From Tubiluchus corallicola (Eukaryota > Animalia > Priapulida): 64,000 bases of DNA. Every line of letters starts with the position of its first letter. Position 1 is the stretch's first letter. Both the position numbers and the translations under genes were made by a program. Shown here piece by piece: positions 61,046 through 64,000 of this stretch. The stretch is from the NCBI GenBank assembly GCA_030141605.1, contig JAQGDQ010000606.1:65895-129894 (forward strand), given 5' to 3'. The notes beneath the pieces were generated by a model, which searched no databases, was not told where the DNA came from, and saw only the letters and a list, made by a program, of their open reading frames with translations.

Positions 61046-61663
61046 TTAATTCACTGAATCTCTTCGAAGAAGTTTTCTTATGTGAGTAGAAACGATCCAT
61101 GTCTCCACGATTAATCCGAGTAAGCGACCAAAAATCAACAAACAAAGGGTAAAATAACAAAGATTCGATTCCGTAAACCAAATTAAACTAGTGAAATATA
61201 ATCTATCACGATATTTAATGAGGTAAATCCAAATAGGCAGTATATGCAGACCGCAGACAACAACTGTTCCCTGTATTGTTTTGAAGTTTTTCTCCATAAT
61301 CTTTCGCACCAAGAAAGGCGCAGACTCAAAAGCCGACTTCCAGTCAACGCCGAATTGTTGAATGCATAAGAAGGTCAACCATTCAATTACACTCACAAAG
61401 TAACCCCATTTCAGCACGTGTGACCACAAGAGACCGCGTCCGATATTGTCCGCCACCACATCCAACCAGGCCCCGAAAGATGAAGACTGATCATACTTTC
61501 TAGCAGCCCAGCCGTCAAAGTAATCCAACAAAGTTTGCAAACAGAAGGCAAGTAGAAACACTAGCGTGGTCTCCAAATACAGCCAGGCAATGAGTATTAG
61601 TAGTAACCGGAGATAGCCAATCAGGTTCGGAATGTAAAACAAGACACGAAAATCATTGCTCAT
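61046..61663 (-). CDS. CDP-alcohol phosphatidyltransferase family protein (PIS/CDIPT-like), 205 aa, single coding exon
   Basis: MSNDFRVLFYIPNLIGYLR N-terminus; motif DYFDGWAARKYDQSSSFGAWLDVVAD matches D-x2-DG-x2-AR...G-x3-D-x3-D; several hydrophobic helices; candidate 5'UTR acceptor tatttcag at ~61708. Confidence 0.9.
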   Translation of the reverse strand: MSNDFRVLFYIPNLIGYLRLLLILIAWLYLETTLVFLLAFCLQTLLDYFDGWAARKYDQSSSFGAWLDVVADNIGRGLLWSHVLKWGYFVSVIEWLTFLCIQQFGVDWKSAFESAPFLVRKIMEKNFKTIQGTVVVCGLHILPIWIYLIKYRDRLYFTSLIWFTESNLCYFTLCLLIFGRLLGLIVETWIVSTHIRKLLRRDSVN

Positions 61664-64000
61664 TGTAAAATTTGGTAGATCACAGGTGCATGCAAAGGTA
61701 AAGCTGACTGAAATATAGTAAGTAATTTTTTTATTTTTCTCCATAAATTTACAATAATTTGGCAATAAAAAACACAAAAATACAAACGAACATGGGAGAA
61801 AGGGTAGCGAAAAACCAAAGGTTATCGAATCAACCACCCTCCTCAGAAAGACAGTAAACAAAAAGACGCTAATGACAGCAGAAAACAACTATTAAAAAAT
61901 ACATAAACGTCCATAAATACAAAAATACAACAACAGCAAAAAAACCCAAAAAACCAGTCGTTCCTAAATATAGTCAAACATTAAACATAATTATATATGG
62001 TTCAAAACACAAAAGAGAAAAGAAAATATTTTAATGTTCAGAAAAACAACATTTGTAAGACAAAAATTTCAAATAGCAAAAAGAAGAAAAGGTAAAAAAG
62101 CAAGATAAATTGCCCTGACAATTGCAATACATAATATTGCTAATTAACTATGTATCATTAAATAATGATAGATAATTAACAATTTCACTACAGAAGATGA
62201 CCACATTTTTCAAGTAAGTGACGAAGTAGACTGCAGTCCAAGCTCAGCACTAAGCGCAATCACCGGGTCTGTATTTTCGCTGCTACGGCCTTGCAAAAAT
62301 CTTGTAGAAATTTTTAGCAGTCGTGGGATTGGGTTGCAACAAGTAGTGCTAACCAACCAATCACTTGAATCAGCATCCAATTCGCCGAGCAAACTGATAT
62401 CAATAAAAAGTGGCAATTTGCAAGAGCAAAAATACGTATTTTGTTCACGTACTGAAACGGATCACCTTGTCTGTGAAGCAAAATAAAATGAAAATTATAT
62501 ACTTTGACCAAATGTTGGAATCGCCTAAAAACGACTCCCTGCTCGCCGCAAAAAGTCACGACATTTCACAAGAGGCGATATCTTCGAACACTTTGTGCTC
62601 TGATTCGCGTTATGCAGATGTTCCACATTGGTCACGTCACAGGTTAAAGATGGAGTACGTACAATTTCTCTTATTTTGGAATTCTGCCTGCCTAATGTCC
62701 ACAATAGGCGCAGTGGGCGTATGGTGATGTTGATGAAGATTTGTGTAAGATAGATAGGTGCTCGAAATCGGCCGAAAACTTGATATCGTTATATGTGGAT
62801 GACCCTTTATAACACTCACTGTCTCCCCAACTCCACGGTTGCAAGTGAACTTTTTCTAAACCTTGATGTGACGTTTTTTCCGTACCTTTAATCGTGTTCT
62901 TTGCCATACTTTGTACTCCTTCAAGAAGCTTAATATCTATCCTATAACGTGGATTTCATGGCTGTACTCTATACGCTGATTTCGATTTTACCGAGCTTTT
63001 GTACAATTTCATGCTGTATTGTATCTCGTACTGTAATTGCTTAAGCTACTGTAATTTTTGACTAAATGTCATTCATGCTGTATTGTATCTCGTACTGTAA
63101 TTGCTTAAGCTACTGGTACTTAAGCTACCGGTTAACGCATTTGTCTACACTTGACAACGCATCGCAGCCCATGCTGTTGTAATAGTAACCATTTTAACAG
63201 TTAACTAAGACCTTATTTAGTTCATTTTTTCTTGTTCTCAAGCAAAATCCTGCTAGTAAATCACTTTACGCACAGATTAATATACAATTAAGTAAAGACC
63301 ACAGAAAACAACTGAAGTTACTGAACAGATGCAGCACATGGCTTTGCTTTACCTATAAATCACCTCACGGATCAGTTAAAATGCATTGCTATGGTACACT
63401 TAACCAATGACCTACAGCAACTGCACGTGTGCACAATGAAACTGTGAAAAGGCTTATTAAATAAATAAATAAATAGAATATTTACATAAATAAGTAATTT
63501 ATCTGTGACCAATGATGAAAATGAAAAGCAATTTAAAAAAAAACACAAACAATTATTTACCAATACTCTGAGATCAAATGTTATATCGGACAATAAACCA
63601 GTGTTAGAACTGAAAGTCATAGAAGTTACATTTACAGTTCCAGTATGAAATACTGGCTTGGATCTGGACTGAGTTTTTTATTTATATTCAAATTTTTGTT
63701 TTGTTTGCTAATTTAAATGTTGTTTATCTTTTTTATTTTCTTTTTTGTTTTCAAACTGTTGATTATTATTTACTTCTGCATATCCACTAGACAGGTTACT
63801 TAATTTTCTTTAAATTTGGATAGGATTGGTGCTTTTTGTCACTCTGTCTCTTTCTGTCTTTATTATATTTTTTGGTTTTGCTTGTTTTCATTGTGTAAAA
63901 ATTTTGGGACAAATAAATTAGTTACTTACTTACTTGCCTGGTTACATGCTGAAACTGGTTACATAAAATTAGATATGAACATAATCATTAATAAATGCTA

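Noticed and set aside
61664-61888. 75-aa N-terminal extension of the CDP-alcohol transferase ORF
   Set aside because: T-rich, intron-like sequence with an acceptor at ~61708; family similarity starts at MSNDF.
62637-62907. Short minus-strand ORFs, one with a CAYC motif (zinc finger or transposase remnant?)
   Set aside because: A stop follows almost immediately and no further recognisable motif is present.

Overview
AT-rich, repeat-dense animal (probably invertebrate) genomic DNA with GT-AG introns and one assembly gap (5534-6216). About 949-48142 (+) is the 3' part of a multi-exon LRRK2-type Roco gene (LRR-Roc-COR-kinase-WD40-C-terminal helix). I reconstructed 30 exons (~1,730 codons) by hand; phases are compatible at every junction except the unresolved 3' end of exon 3. 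Downstream on the minus strand are an intronless ARL6/BBS3 gene with an RFX X-box ~210 bp upstream and an intronless CDP-alcohol phosphatidyltransferase gene. Introns hold MITEs (hAT, pogo/Tc1, piggyBac-like), SINE/LINE fragments and many private tandem arrays; a solo LTR lies between the two minus-strand genes. Main result: the kinase is intact but reads DYS instead of DYG (equivalent to human G2019S), COR-B has Cys at the Y1699-equivalent position, and the Roc domain has lost its G1 Thr, G2 Thr and G3 Asp. This is a candidate pseudo-GTPase, 'naturally activated' LRRK2. One LRR exon is hidden inside a 15-bp satellite made of its own splice acceptor. Human LRRK2 numbering comes from my recollection of the human sequence and by-eye alignment, so it needs computational confirmation.
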